Positions 13,437 through 26,289 of a stretch of 64,000 bases of DNA are shown here, in pieces (position 1 is the first letter of the stretch; the number at the start of each line of letters is the position of its first letter). Position numbers and translations under genes: made by a program. The stretch comes from Epiperipatus broadwayi (Eukaryota; Animalia; Onychophora). Under the pieces are notes generated by a model, which saw only the letters and a program-made list of their open reading frames with translations, did no database searches and had not been told where the DNA came from. Where the stretch lies: assembly GCA_028023455.1 (NCBI GenBank), contig JAQFVV010000002.1, positions 30,194,001-30,258,000 of the forward strand, given 5' to 3'.

Positions 13437-13639
13437 GATATTTCTTGCGTTGGATTATTCTTTACAAAATTTTTTATGATTGTTGACTATAAATTTAGAT
13501 TTGCTTTACAATGAACCATTCTTGCCTTTTTCTTTTCAAATGAGTAAATGGTTTGCTTAATTTCTGCTTTTTAAAACAAAGAATTTAATGATCAATGAAA
13601 TTTAATAGCCAGTTTCAGATTGGAATTATATTTAGAAGA

Positions 13640-13778
13640 TAATCAGCGATGTTAAATGTGAAGATACTCGCCTATATAAGTGCATTTAGGTCTGAAAATA
13701 AGATGGTCATTTTTATTTTCTCAAAGTCTTTATCTTGTAGCTGAGATGAGAATATCCTCGTATTTAACATCGCTGATT
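13640..13778. mobile_element. Short fold-back element (related larger copy ~59580-60005)
   Basis: ATCAGCGATGTTAAAT...ATTTAACATCGCTGAT arms. The internal GAAAATAAGATGGTCAT..TTATTTTC segment is shared with 59620-59660 (inverted). Confidence 0.55.
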
Positions 13779-13924
13779 TATATTATAGTACAGTGCTAGT
13801 GAAGAGGAGGGATTACCTTCTAAATATAATAACAAAGAATTTAATGTGTTTTCAGTCTTTATTATACCAAATATATTATTTTAATTTAATAAATTTGACT
13901 AGTAAAAATGGAGTAAGATGATTG

Positions 13925-14090
13925 CTAGATGCGTAACTGCAGTTTTGAATCTCAAGTTTCATTGATAAAGGCAATAGCCAGCAACATTTCTGGGTAGGGA
14001 GTTTAAAATGCACCCCCATCAGATAATCACAGACTACTCATGCTTACTTAAGATAGTATCAGATCAGAGCAGAGATCTGCTCTTGTTTTG
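13925..14090 (+). mobile_element. Family E element with a U3-A8 hammerhead-like core (other copies ~17950-18060 minus, ~18275-18450 plus, ~37660-37740 minus)
   Basis: Shared TTTTGAAT...CTCA-TTGATAA-A-GGC-AAWA-GCC-A..AA..TC-TGGG motif in four places. Confidence 0.6.
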
Positions 14091-14302
14091 CAATTAAAGT
14101 AGTCCGAAAGTGGGGTTACAAATAAATATATAGATTAATATTTTCAGTTATTGTTAAAAGTATTTAATACATTATGATATGTCAAGTGTATTTATAAAAT
14201 TCGAATTATCTACTTTCATTTGTTTTAAATATTTGTAAATATTTTTGTGTCTACATTCATTTGATGTAAATATTTATAGATAATTTTGCAATATTATTTT
14301 AG

Positions 14303-14428
14303 GGGAAGATGCAATTGATGATGAAGTTACTGAAAATCCATTTGCTGTTCTTGACGAAGTTGAACATGCTAAAGAGCTTGACCTTCAGGATCCCAAAAAA
14401 ACATTAAGGGGTTTTTTTGAAAGAGAAG
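14303..14428 (+). CDS. SLC4A1AP: Kanadaptin internal exon (GEDAIDDEVTENPFAVLDEVEHAKELDLQDPKKTLRGFFEREG), phase 1/1
   Basis: ttattttAG acceptor, GTaagt donor. Translation matches the remembered kanadaptin segment GEDA..ENP..DPKK.L.GFF.REG. Confidence 0.93.
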
Positions 14429-14559
14429 GTAAGTGTAATAGAATTTTCTAAATGAAATTTTCTTAATGATTATATTAATCGATCTATCCATCCACCTATT
14501 TTTTTATTCAGCAAGTATTTTAAACTTGATTAGAAGTGAATAAGATATGTTAAACATAT

Positions 14560-14745
14560 TCTAAGGCATAATGGTTTACCAAAAAATTATTTTGAAGGAA
14601 TATATAGAAGACAAATAGAGAAGAAGGCAAAGATTAGCATGGTTCAAAAGTATTAAGAAGTAGATCAAATCTCAGATATAAAGAATATACCAGAAGATAT
14701 CAAATAATGAACTTGGTAGTAGGTAACGCACTTGATGAACATAAC
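14560..14745 (+). mobile_element. Degraded RTE/BovB-like LINE 3' fragment
   Basis: Broken frame resembling EG.IEGK.RRRQRLAW..SIK. Confidence 0.35.
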
Positions 14746-17700
14746 GAAGTCAGTCATTCCAAATAACATTTTAGTTTTAACAACATTAATTCTCATGAAA
14801 ACTTAAATATAAATGATAATTATCTATGTGAATCACATCATCGTAGTCATAGAATAACAGCAGTCGGATCTCAAAAGTTATACTCAAATTAGATAATACA
14901 CGTTTTCTACTTTTTATCCAGGTTGAATGTCTTAAATAGGCAAATGAATGAAAACAATTGACTGAAATAGATTTAAAATTGTGTAGAAATTTTAAATAAA
15001 CTCCATTCAACAGATCAAAATAAACTGAGCAGTTTTAATCTACTTCAGATATTTGCTGAACTCATTATCCATTTAAGATCTTAAATCCTGATAATAAGTG
15101 GAATCCATTTATTTTCTGATTTGAGTGTTGCCTTGACAACAGCCTGCTAATATTTTAGTGGTTTATTTAAGCATTGATTGTAGTAAAGTGATTTAAATAT
15201 ATATAATGGGTCCATATATAAATATATATTGCAATGACAATCCAGTCAGAGATCTTGAAAGGAATTTGAGGAAAGTATAAAATATAGTTAGGAATCCGTT
15301 TTAAATAATTACTTTTTTTGATGTGCTGAAATACACAATATATCAGGAGTGAATACCTTTCTTATCAGTTATCTAAGTAGTCACTATCAGATTGAAGAGG
15401 ATATTGGAACTTACAGGATAGGATTCAAACTCATTTCTCCTGACTCTTAATAGTAGTTTATAGTGTACCCATAATTAGATTATTTGATTATTTACATAAT
15501 ATATATAGAACCATATTTGAATTTTATTCATTGCTTTAACCAGTGCTTTCTTTATATCCTTCGTATCTCCTATTTGGAAGACTGACAACATAGCAAATTT
15601 ATTAACCTGAACCAAATCATGGAATCATGAGATTCTAATATTTTTCTGACATGATAAATCTGAATTTAAACTTATATAAGTAGAAGGATGTAAAGGTGAA
15701 ATAAATAATATATACTATTTCAGTATATATATAGTTCAGTTTTTGTAACGATCTTGTATAATCATGTGATATCCAAGCACCAAAGTGGTGGGTTAATAAG
15801 GCACAATTGTTCCTTTAAACTATGTTTTTATTTTGAATATATATATACAAATGTACAAGTTATTTTGTTTTTGAACATGTATCAGTAAATATTTAATAGG
15901 AATATATATATATTTTTAGAAATCAACAATAATAGTTATAATACAAACTTAATTTTAAACTTTGCGTGTTTAGTTAATAATCTGTAATTCAATATTAGCG
16001 CTATAAACGGCATAATCACAAAGCTAATATTTAATATTTTATTAAACCATGAGCTGAGCACTTTTGAGAGTCACGGCTCTCATAATCATAACTCTTTGTG
16101 AAGTAACTGATTGTCTAAGGTTATGCAAATTTATGCAAAGTTCAAGTATTCCATTTCCTGGAATATAGAGTAACACGTTTCCTTTCTGTTAATGGCACTG
16201 CTGTCTATTGAGATGAAGCAAGTCTCTTTTATCTTTTTTTTCAAATCATTTCGGAAAATATATTTTTTTATTAGTTATTGTTTATATGATTCTAAGACAC
16301 AAATTACATATACGTCATATTTATTAAGGCTTTAACCTCGATAATATGCGTCTGAAAAATGCGAAGTTAGGGACCTCTACAGATCTTAACCACAAGCTTA
16401 CGTCATAATAATGAATCTATTATTTGAAAAATGTAAATAGCAAAACAATTCTTTTATTTAGAAGATAATATTTTTTTAAAAAAAGATTGAATATATTAAG
16501 TTGAAAGTAAAATATCACTGAATAAGGAATTCCATATTTAAAGTGTGAGAGTAAATAAAATTAAACAGTGTGTTGGGTGTTGAAGTGAAGAGTATATAAA
16601 AGAGTACATCAAATAAGGTGATTACTTGTTGAAGCAAGATGAATTATCAAAGCAAATTCAGTGACGATTTATCTTTATTTCTTGAAAAATGGTTAACAGT
16701 GATAGAACGGAGACGTGAGATGACGGAAGGCAAGAATTAAATGACATGCAGCATTGATAAGCCAAATTCGTATAATTTGGTTGGAATATAATAATTAGGC
16801 GAGTCCATCAAAATTTATTTTATACTAGTTATTTAGCAAAAGTAATAATTTTTGAAAATAAATAAATAAATTTCTAAAAAGCAACTTTTGTACTAGAGAA
16901 AACATCATGCCGTAAAAAAAGTCATTAGAAATAATAATATAAAAGGTTGATCAATAGAAATGATTTTGAAGAATTTTAAAAATCAAAATGAGATCTGCAG
17001 TAGTTTCAAGTTTTTTAAGAAATGAAACAAGACAGAGTTTTAGAATAAATTAGAAATTTTTTTGAAATATCAATGTTTAATGAACAAACTAAAGAAGTTT
17101 TTTGAATGAGACAGAAAATAGGGAGCTAATTTTTAAAATATGAATTGTGGAATGATACTCTTAGCATAATTTGAGATTTGGATTGCCTGTAACAGAATTT
17201 TTAAAAAAGGCAATTTTGGAAAACAAATCTGAACAACATTAGTTTTAATAGGAAATATTAAAGATAAAATGCCATTCCCTGTAAACTGGATGGAATGATT
17301 TGGAGGATAGGTGGATTTTCATTTATAAAATTTAGATGAAAGATCCCTATATAGCAAACTTTTTAAGAAGTGTATTGTGATAAACTTGATCAACATTGGA
17401 AATTTTTAAACAAAAAAAACCTGAATTTCTTCAAAATTGTCAATGTTGAATAACCAGTAATAGTGTATTTGAATCCATATTTGACTTTATCAGTGAGGTT
17501 TGGAATTTAAAAGTGGAGGTAATGTGATTAGGTAATCAATTAAACACCTGAAAATTTCAAAACATTCTATGTTAACCAACTTGTTTGAACAATTATGTAG
17601 ATCTACCTCCAGATTAATAACTATATATATATTAGTATTTTCACTTCTTTATTAGCTATAGGTAATTATCTTCCCAGGCTAGAATTGTTATTAACGAATT

Positions 17701-18834
17701 ACTTTAATTTTTTTTTTACACAGTATATGATAAAACAAAGGCAGCTCTCTATTTTAGCGATGTTTATAACTATCAGTGCTTCCCTTTGGATGTTGAGGTT
17801 CCGGGCACAAATATGGAGTTGAGCCCCCAGTAAATAAAAAAATTGAATACATAAATAAAATATTTAATTTTTAATACAAGATATATGTTATAAGCCCAGT
17901 TGATCAACCTTAGTGATCGTACTGATAATTATGGTTATATAATTAATGATTATCAGATGATAATGCATTTAAATCTCATCCCCAGATCAAGTTTTTGGTT
18001 TTGCATTTATCAATGAGACTTAGGATTCAAAGTAGAAGTAAAGACAAGGATGAGGAATGAGTCTGGGGATTATAGGTAGTACTTTAGTAGAGAACTGCAA
18101 CACTTCTAGCCAGGGATTGCAGGTGCCTATAATTAATAAAGATCTGAGACTACCAAATATAGTTATTGATTTGGAATCAGTCCTGTATAACTGTTCAAAC
18201 AGATTGGCTTTGGTTCAAAACTTTTAAGCTGTGTTGGATTTTCAGTTTTTTAGTTTAAATAGGAAAATGATGTTATAGATGTTTGCTAGATATATAACTG
18301 TATTTCTTCCAATTTTGAATCCCAAGCCTTATTGATAAAGGCAAAAGCCAAACACTGGTCAGGAGATAAGGAATTTAATCACTGACTACTCAGATTTCTT
18401 ATAGATGTCACTAAAGTAGAGAACTCTTGTTTTAGATACTCCAGTTAACTTGTGGAAATCTGTAGCCAATACTCATCCATCTCTAATCAATTAGACATTA
18501 AAAGCATGCTACTGTTTTCGATAATTTTAGAAGAAATTTGTCAGTCAAATATTTTCTTTTTATTATTAAATAATGTTAATGATTTATTTGCTTTATTATT
18601 ATGGGTTTTCTTTAAATATAAATAGGATATCTAAATTATATCTTTTTAAATTGATGCTTCATTTAATATAAAATTCTGTTTAATTGTGTAACGAATTGTA
18701 TATTCATACTTTTTTTTATTTTCATGTTTTTAAAAAAACTTTAAATAGTTTATATATACATAAAATATATATAAATACAAGGAATATTAATTCCAAAAAT
18801 AAAAGATAAATAATAGTTAATAAATAGCAATAAA

Positions 18835-19210
18835 ACCTAAATGCATTTTCGGTGCTGAGTACCCTTGTCAAAAAGAATAAATATAAAATTTAAAAAACCG
18901 TTACGCACATCAAACTTTTCCATATGGAAGTTGCCAGTCTAATTGCGTATATTCCAAACCACTCAACTGAATATTTATTACACTTTCTATTCATTACAAA
19001 GTTACCATTAGAAATAAACCGTGCCTCTTTAATTTTTCTATCATTGTGTTCACTACAAATCATTTTTATTTCACCATGGTTGAAAATGTGACCAAATAAA
19101 TGCTCTTGCTCCAAAAACACTGATGATATTGAAGAATCCAACTTAGTTTTGTAGTAACAATACTCGTGCTGTTTAAGCCTTAGCTTAATGTTTGCGCTTG
19201 GGTTACACTG
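18835..19210 (-). mobile_element. Penelope-like element 3' end: GIY-YIG endonuclease C-terminal fragment plus hammerhead-like motif
   Basis: Minus frame RLKQHEY..SSVFLEQEHLFGHIF..RKIKEARFI..NRK, similar to the fragment at 22 kb; followed by UUGACAA-G-GGU..ACC-GAAA-AUGCAU-UU (18835-18875). Confidence 0.75.
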
Positions 19211-19253
19211 CTAGTTATTAACTACTATTACCAAAATCACACTTTTCTTTATT

Positions 19254-19560
19254 TTGCTGAAATATCCTATAAATACAAATTATCCAAACCACTTGGAACA
19301 CTTTTTAGAAAAACTCTTTATTTGTACATATATACATAAACCTACGTTCCGACTGTCCTCCAGTCTTGAACTGGCTCTGAAGAAGATTGCAGAACAGTCG
19401 AAATGTAGGTATATGTATATATATACAAATAGAGAGATTAAAGTGAACTGGCTCTGAAGAAGACTGCAGGACAGTCGAAACGTAGGTGTATGTATATATG
19501 TACAAATAAAGAATTTTGCTAAAAAGCATTCAAAGTGGTTTGGATAAATTGTATTTAGTA
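19254..19560 (+). mobile_element. Family F fold-back with two tandem hammerhead motifs (related hairpin 38451-38640)
   Basis: Inverted arms; 77-nt tandem unit with CUGAAGA-A-GACUG cagga CAGUC-GAAA-CG-UA (19451-19487; decayed copy 19374-19410). Confidence 0.65.
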
Positions 19561-21290
19561 ACTACTATTTATCTCCACGTTTTTGGAATTAATATTCCTT
19601 ATGTTTACATTTATTTTTGAGTCAAAGTTTTTTTTAAAAAAAAAACATATATGTATGAAATAAAAGTTTATTGTGCTAAAATATGAATGGTAAAAGGACA
19701 GAAGATTTTTTTTACTTACTAATCTCAATATTGCAAAAATTCAAAAATGCTCTGTTTCAAAGGCTATCTTTTAGATCTTTACACTTTATTATAAGAAAGG
19801 CTAAATCTTTTCACTATAGGATTTGATACAAAGCTGCATAGAATTTTTAGCATTATTAAAGTCAATATATATATATATTTAATCATTCATATTTTAATAC
19901 AAAATACTCATTATTTCATCTATTTGTAATAAAATAAGAGTCGTGTTATTTTCCCTCTTTACAACTTATTATTTGTTTAAATGTAGCAATTGCGATTTTG
20001 CTACAAAATATGAATTTGTGTTTCTAATATATTATTAATTTTTATTAGTCATTCATTAGACTAGAAATTATCCACGTGTCTTTGGTCATATGTTTATGAT
20101 TGCACCCCTCCACATAATGTTAAAAGTGGAGAGAAACCAGTCTTTTCTTTGCATAAGTGTAGTGTAGTATAGTGAAAATTACACTACAGAAATATTATTC
20201 ATTATGCGTTTGTAATATATTTTGCTTTCCCCAAATATATAGAGCATTGTTGTTAGTGTATATTTTTTTCTTTTTTTTTTTATTAGAGGTGGGTGTTTAT
20301 CTTTCTTGACTAACTGTTGAAACAGTAGTTGTCTCTGCCAAAAGAAATATATACATGTATATATAAAATATCCAAAGTCTAGTTCTAATGTTTTCAGTTT
20401 CTAATTATTTTCAACACTTGTATTATAATCAAGGCAAACCCAGTCTTTTTCATTATCAGAAAATTTAGACATATTGTTTGGAATATATTTTATGTATGGA
20501 GTTATCCATTTATAACTACTTAATAAGAAAGCACTTCACCTAGAACAGTAACTAATGAAAACCAATTAGTTGCACACTATTTTCTCACGTATTCATTCTT
20601 AGCACTATTTGCATTGTGATGAACTTTGCCTGTTTGACCCTCTTTTTTTTCTCATCGCATTGAGGATCAAAGCATTGATAGAGTATAATGATAGAAAGCT
20701 GAGATGTAGTTCATCACCAGTGAAGTGAGCGTTACGAATAAGTGAGTAAACGGCATTAAGTTAAGCATGCATTGGAACTTATTTGGAGGGGAAAGCATTT
20801 ATATTTATATAAATAGATTTTCTAATAATAAATAACATTTTAGCTTTATCATAATTATGATATTCAGCATTGACAATTTATTTACGCTGAACTAGAAGCA
20901 TAAATATTGATACTAACCATTGGATATTATACACACGTGGAAAGGAAATTTACTTATCGAGCTTTGAGCATTATTAGCTTTATTTTCTAAGAAATACATA
21001 GTTTCAGGGGAATTTGAAAATTGTAATTGATTATTTGTTAGTCTACTTTCAGGACAGGGTATATTTTTCTGTTTAATGAGGTTTATTCAAACTTTTTTGA
21101 ATTAATAATATTGTTCTCTTTAGTTAAGTTGCAATCTTTAGTGGCTACATAAACATATTGTACTATAGATAGGGGTGGATAGCCATCTTTATTGTAAAAA
21201 ACAGATTTGATATTGGTATTGTCCCTTTCATGAATTTATATATATTACATGTATAAAAAAAAATAGTTTACTTCCCATTATATATAAATA

Positions 21291-21819
21291 TCACATGATC
21301 ACTATTTCTTATGCTAGCACATTACTGTTATTAAAACAGGCAAAACTCCATACAGTAGTGCCACTCAGTGCCAACCAGAGTAATCAATGGATGACAGAAA
21401 GCTTGTGCATAAAATCCCCATCTAGTGCCTACTCATCCAATATCCCCAGACTAGTTTCTGGTTTGTGGCCTTCGTCAGTGAAGAGTGTATGGGTACTGAA
21501 CTGGGTTCAGACCCATATGATTATATAAGCTATTGAGCTTAAATTGAAAATATTATTGTGTTTTCAATTTTATTCTCATAGTTTTGTAGTTAAGTAGAGA
21601 TAAAAGGTGGCTGCTGGAGGGTTGCATTAGATCCTAAGATCTAGGTGCACTGCTTTCAGATCCAAAGCTCCTCACTGACGAAGGCCACAAGCCAGAAACT
21701 AGTCTGGGGATATTGGATGAGTAGGCACTAGATAGGGATTTTATGCACAAGCCTTCTGGCATCCATTGATTACGCTGGTTGGCACTGAGTGGCACTACTG
21801 TATGGAGAGTTTTGCCTGT
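21291..21819 (+). mobile_element. Family B long fold-back copy 3
   Basis: Antisense tail+arm+core 21291-21485, sense part 21486-21819, hammerhead 21669-21710, TSD TTATATATAAATA (21278-21290, 21820-21832). Confidence 0.8.
21669..21710 (+). ncRNA. Type I hammerhead motif (family B, best copy)
   Basis: UCCUCA-CUGACGA-A-GGC cacaa GCC-A-GAAA-CUAG-UC-UGGGGA. Stem I 6 bp, palindromic ACUAGU helix III, GUC site. Confidence 0.75.
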
Positions 21820-21999
21820 TTATATATAAATAAAGACAAAAACTTATAAGTAAAGTTTAATAGAGAAGTTATAAATAAATTATAAAAAATTATGAAGCAG
21901 ACAGAAAAGAATGAATAATTTTATTAAAGATTTAATGACAGCAGGTTTTACATTTAAATCTATTAAAAATAAAATTACTAAATTCCATAATAAAATAAA

Positions 22000-22590
22000 T
22001 AACCACGTATTCAACTTCCTAGAATTACCATTCCTTATATTGCCAACATATCTAACAAACTAACTAAAGCCTTAATCAATAAGTTTAAAATAGGATTTAG
22101 AACTCCTCCTAATTGTAACAGATTGATCAACAACTCAAAAGATCTTATTGATCGATCATTCACCCCACATGTAATATATTCCATTTCATGCCCTCAAGAC
22201 GGATTGCCAAGCTGTATATTATGGTGAAACTAAAGCTACTATTAATACTAGACTTGCTCAACATCTGTACTCTTACAATAGAGCTCAGAAGAACAACAAT
22301 ACATCTTCTGTATTTTTGGAGGATGCCATGAAATCTGGACACAATTTTACACCTGCTAATTCTGTAATTACATGCACAGAATCAAATGATCATAAGAGAA
22401 AAGTAAAAGAAGCATTCTACATTAATGGAAATATTAATGCTATAAATAGAAAAGACACTTGCTTTGATATATCGAAGAAATGGGCCACATAACACGTGCT
22501 AATTTAAATATCTTTGCATATATTTTATTATATATTTTTAAGAAAGCTATGATTATGAGGCATGGATCCTCGAAAATGTTCAGCTTATTT
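22000..22590 (+). mobile_element. Penelope-like element 3' part: RT-EN linker and frameshifted GIY-YIG endonuclease, then hammerhead
   Basis: ITIPYIANISNKL..VIYSISC..DCQAVYYGET..TRLAQH..GHNF..RKVKEAFYI..AINRKD; one frameshift near 22200. Confidence 0.88.
22544..22586 (+). ncRNA. Hammerhead-like motif with A3-U8 core
   Basis: AAGCU-AUGAUUA-U-GAGG cauggau CCUC-GAAA-AUGU-UC-AGCUU. Stems I (5 bp) and II (4 bp) are perfect. Confidence 0.65.
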
Positions 22591-23639
22591 TTATAATTTA
22601 TTTATAACTTCTCGATTAAACTTTACTTATAAGTTTTTGTCTTTATATTACATGTATATAAGTAGAAAAAAGAGGTTTGATATTGGTATTATCCCTTTCA
22701 TGAATTTATATATATTAGCTATTATTTTTTTCAGAATGATTTTTTCAAATCCCATTTTTGATTATTCACGGTCCATCTTTACAGTTAAACTTGATACAGA
22801 ATGTGCATATATTATAAGTGCAAAAGTATTTAAGAATTCACATTATCAAAATAATTTTATATTGTACTTGATTAGTCAGCTAGAGAAATATAATAAAAAC
22901 ATTTTAAATTCTTAAAAAAACTTTTTTTTTTTTTGGAAGTATTTGAATAATGAATTTATCACTTAAAAAATCATATCAAAATTTTTTTTCCTATTTTTCT
23001 TAGTAATTATTATTATTTTTATATACTATAAATAATATTTGCATAATTTGCATATTTGCAATCCTATAGGGGTGTATATTTTACTGTCATACCTTTAAAA
23101 CAAATTTGAAAAAATATGTAAATGTCATAAACAACTTTTTTTGATAATCGTAAAAAAAAGAATAGTGGAGGGGGCATTAAAAAAGTAAATTATTTTGTAG
23201 AGTCGCAAATGATTGCTCATTCGGAAGTGCATTCTTTTCTTCTCTTAAAAATTATGGATTATATGTTGTTTCAATTCACTACAATACTTTTTTTTAGAAA
23301 TTTTTTGAAAAATATTCAGCAAGCTGAATATAATGAATTTATTATTGAATCATAATATATATATAACTGTTTAGTCAGTTTTCTCTTTGACTATGTGAGA
23401 GTCTTTAGATGCTATTGATTATCGGTACGTCATAATACACAATTCAAATTGAAGATTTTTTTACATTTTGAAAAACTATTTTGTAGATATATATATATAT
23501 AATCCTTCTAAACACTTTCCTTCTTCCTTTCCTTTATTTCTGTAATAATAATAAAAAAAAGTTTTTGCTGAAAAAAGTGTAAAAAGAATTATTTGAATTG
23601 CAATATTCTCTTCTAAATTTATTTAATGCACATTGATTA

Positions 23640-23790
23640 CGTAAGTAATATTTACTAAGGCAATAAACCTTTAAGCATGTGCGCTTGAAAATGCGAAGGT
23701 AGGGACCTCTACAGGTCTTGACCACAAGCTTACGCTTTGGAAGAAAAGTCCCTACCTTCGCATTTTCAAGCACACATGCTTAAAGGTTTA
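23640..23790. mobile_element. Short fold-back element (partial related copy ~16325-16405)
   Basis: ~40-bp arms AAACCTTTAAGCATGTG.GCTTGAAAATGCGAAGGTAGGGAC and their reverse complement. Confidence 0.6.
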
Positions 23791-24542
23791 ATATTCTATT
23801 CTGTAGATGTTAGTGTTAAATTTCTTTAGTTGTTTTTTTTTCTTTAATTTTCTGATCCATTACTTTCTTTTAATTATACATCAGTCTTCAATTATGATTT
23901 TACGAGAGCAGTGCAGTTAGTACTCTAAATTTTATGACTAAGTTCTGCATAGTTGAATAGATTCTCTTGATGCATTTGAAGACTTTTATAAGAAATCATT
24001 TTATTTTCTAAGCACTAAATTATTTAAAATATATTTGCAGGATTTGAAATGCAGTTATAGAATGATGAATGTAGTATTCTAAAAAAGGAAAGATTATATG
24101 CATTGATATCTGATGTTTATTAATTTCTTAGGGCTTGCATAATAGATCTTCCAATTTTTTTAGACTAACCTTTATAGGAGGTGGGCTTTCATTCATCTTA
24201 TGATTTCTAAATCTTTATTGAGTTACTTATAAAAAAAATCAAGAAGTCCAACTAATTAAAATCATTAGTAGCAATTAGTAATACATTAGAATTAGAAATT
24301 TGTTGTTTTTGAAAATAATTTTAATTATTTACGAATTGCATTTTAATAAAAAAAATATATAGATAAAAAATAAATTTGAATAAATAAAAAATAAATTTGG
24401 ACAAATTTTGTCCAAATATTTTGCATTTGTGTAAGAAATTATAATTGCAAAATCATTCATACTATTATCAATACACAGGTCAAAAACTGAAACCAATTTT
24501 AGTGATAAAATCATCAGTAAAAATAATTCCCAAGTATATAGA

Positions 24543-25080
24543 GGGATTTGAACTTGGAATTTTCATTCTATATTTATCCTACACTTCATCTTAAACAACT
24601 GATACACATGACCACATGTGAAAAAGAGAAACGATCTCCAATGGACTTATTTCATGCAGAACCAGCATTCATCAATTGGGCCAGGTCATAATTACCCACT
24701 TATATATATAATCAGTGCTGATTTATATTGTAATAGCAATTCCTCAAACTTTAATGGATAGGCTGCAATCTTCTCACCCTTCCAACAATCCAGTAGTCCA
24801 TTTCATTGAAGAAACAATGATGGGCAGTCAAATTGTTGGAAGGGAGAGAACATTGAAGTCTACCCATTAAATTTTAAGGAATTGCTATCTTAATATAAGC
24901 CGAGCACTTCTTGTATATATGAGGGAGATTATGATCTGGCCCAACTGATGAGTGCTGATTCTGCATAAAATATTATATTAGGGATTATGTATCTTTTTCA
25001 CATGTGTGTGGTCATTGTATCGGTTGGTTGAGATGGAGTGGAGGATGAATATAGACTGAAAATTTTAAATTCAAATCCCA
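24543..25080 (+). mobile_element. Family C fold-back, hammerhead-bearing, copy 1
   Basis: ~250-bp diverged inverted arms; hammerhead motifs at 24638-24679 (minus) and 24941-24982 (plus). Confidence 0.7.
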
Positions 25081-25825
25081 TTATTTACTTTCACTATACT
25101 GAGTGAATAGGTTAATTTACAAGTATATTTAAAGTCATTTAACTAATTCCTATAATAAAATGATTTCAGGACTCGTCAGTAATCTAGTGATTAAGTAACA
25201 TTTTATTTTTACAAAAAAGCAATTCATTAACTGGTGTCAACAAGGATGTTATTTATGAGCATTATCCACAACCATATTTCTAACTCAGTCAAAGATTATA
25301 TATAATAATTATCAAATAGATTTTAAAAATCCAAGAGTTAAATAACATAAGTTAAAATCAATAATTCTGTAACGAACTATATATTTAAATGGATATATAA
25401 TTCTAATAAACTTGTATAATTATCAAAAAAAAATATTGTGATTTGAAAAGACCATTATTTTTCATTTTTGCAAGCATTAATTATCATCAGTGCCATAAAA
25501 AAAAGTGATATTCTGAATCCACTGACATTAAAAACATGGACTATTGTTTTATACATTGCCTCATTGATTCCATCAAATTAAAAACAGTTAAAAGAAATTG
25601 AGAAATATTGAATCAATTACATTGTCAGACATTTATGATAGAAGCTTTACTTTGTTGTGACTAAAATATTCAGTACAAAATTCAATCAATTAGTAGAATA
25701 ATTTGTAATAAGAAAGCTATGATGTAATTTATAAAAAATAATGTATATCATATCAGACTTAATAATGAATTGATTTGAATTGGAAAATTAATTTTTCTTT
25801 AGAGTATTGGTGCCAAAGTTTTATA

Positions 25826-26009
25826 TCATCATCATCAACCATTATCAATTCACTGCAGGATGAAGGTCTTTTCAAGTTCAATCCATCTTCTCTGATCTTT
25901 AGCTTCTCTTCTCCACATTACCCTGCACACGTTCTTATTTTATCCATCCATCTCATATATTGTCTCTTTCTGGGTCTTTTACAATCTCTTGGAATCCAGT
26001 TTAAGATTG
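25826..26009 (-). mobile_element. 5'-truncated RTE-clade LINE 3' end
   Basis: Reverse complement of the 8167-8462 family, (TCA)n tail, TSD CAAAGTTTTATA (25814-25825, 26010-26021). Confidence 0.88.
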
Positions 26010-26289
26010 CAAAGTTTTATATAAGTCCTTTAAAATATATATAAATGTTAAGAAAACCTAGCATTCATAACACAAATGTACATACCAATAAATAACATTT
26101 AATACAGTAATAATATGAAAAAGAATTTAAAAATTGATAGAATGAGTTTATGATCTTACTGAACATTAGTTACATAGAAGTAACAAATATTTTTCAAAGT
26201 ATTAAAATTTGCAAAATAAAAATTGAGTTTTTCATTCAAAATACCTTTGAAAACATTATTCAGATTATAGGAAAAAAACATATAGCTTT

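Noticed and set aside
1-14302. Upstream kanadaptin exons (FHA domain, CxWGM)
   Set aside because: Searched by eye for a phase-1 exon ending WGM-G; not found, so they are presumed to lie before the window.
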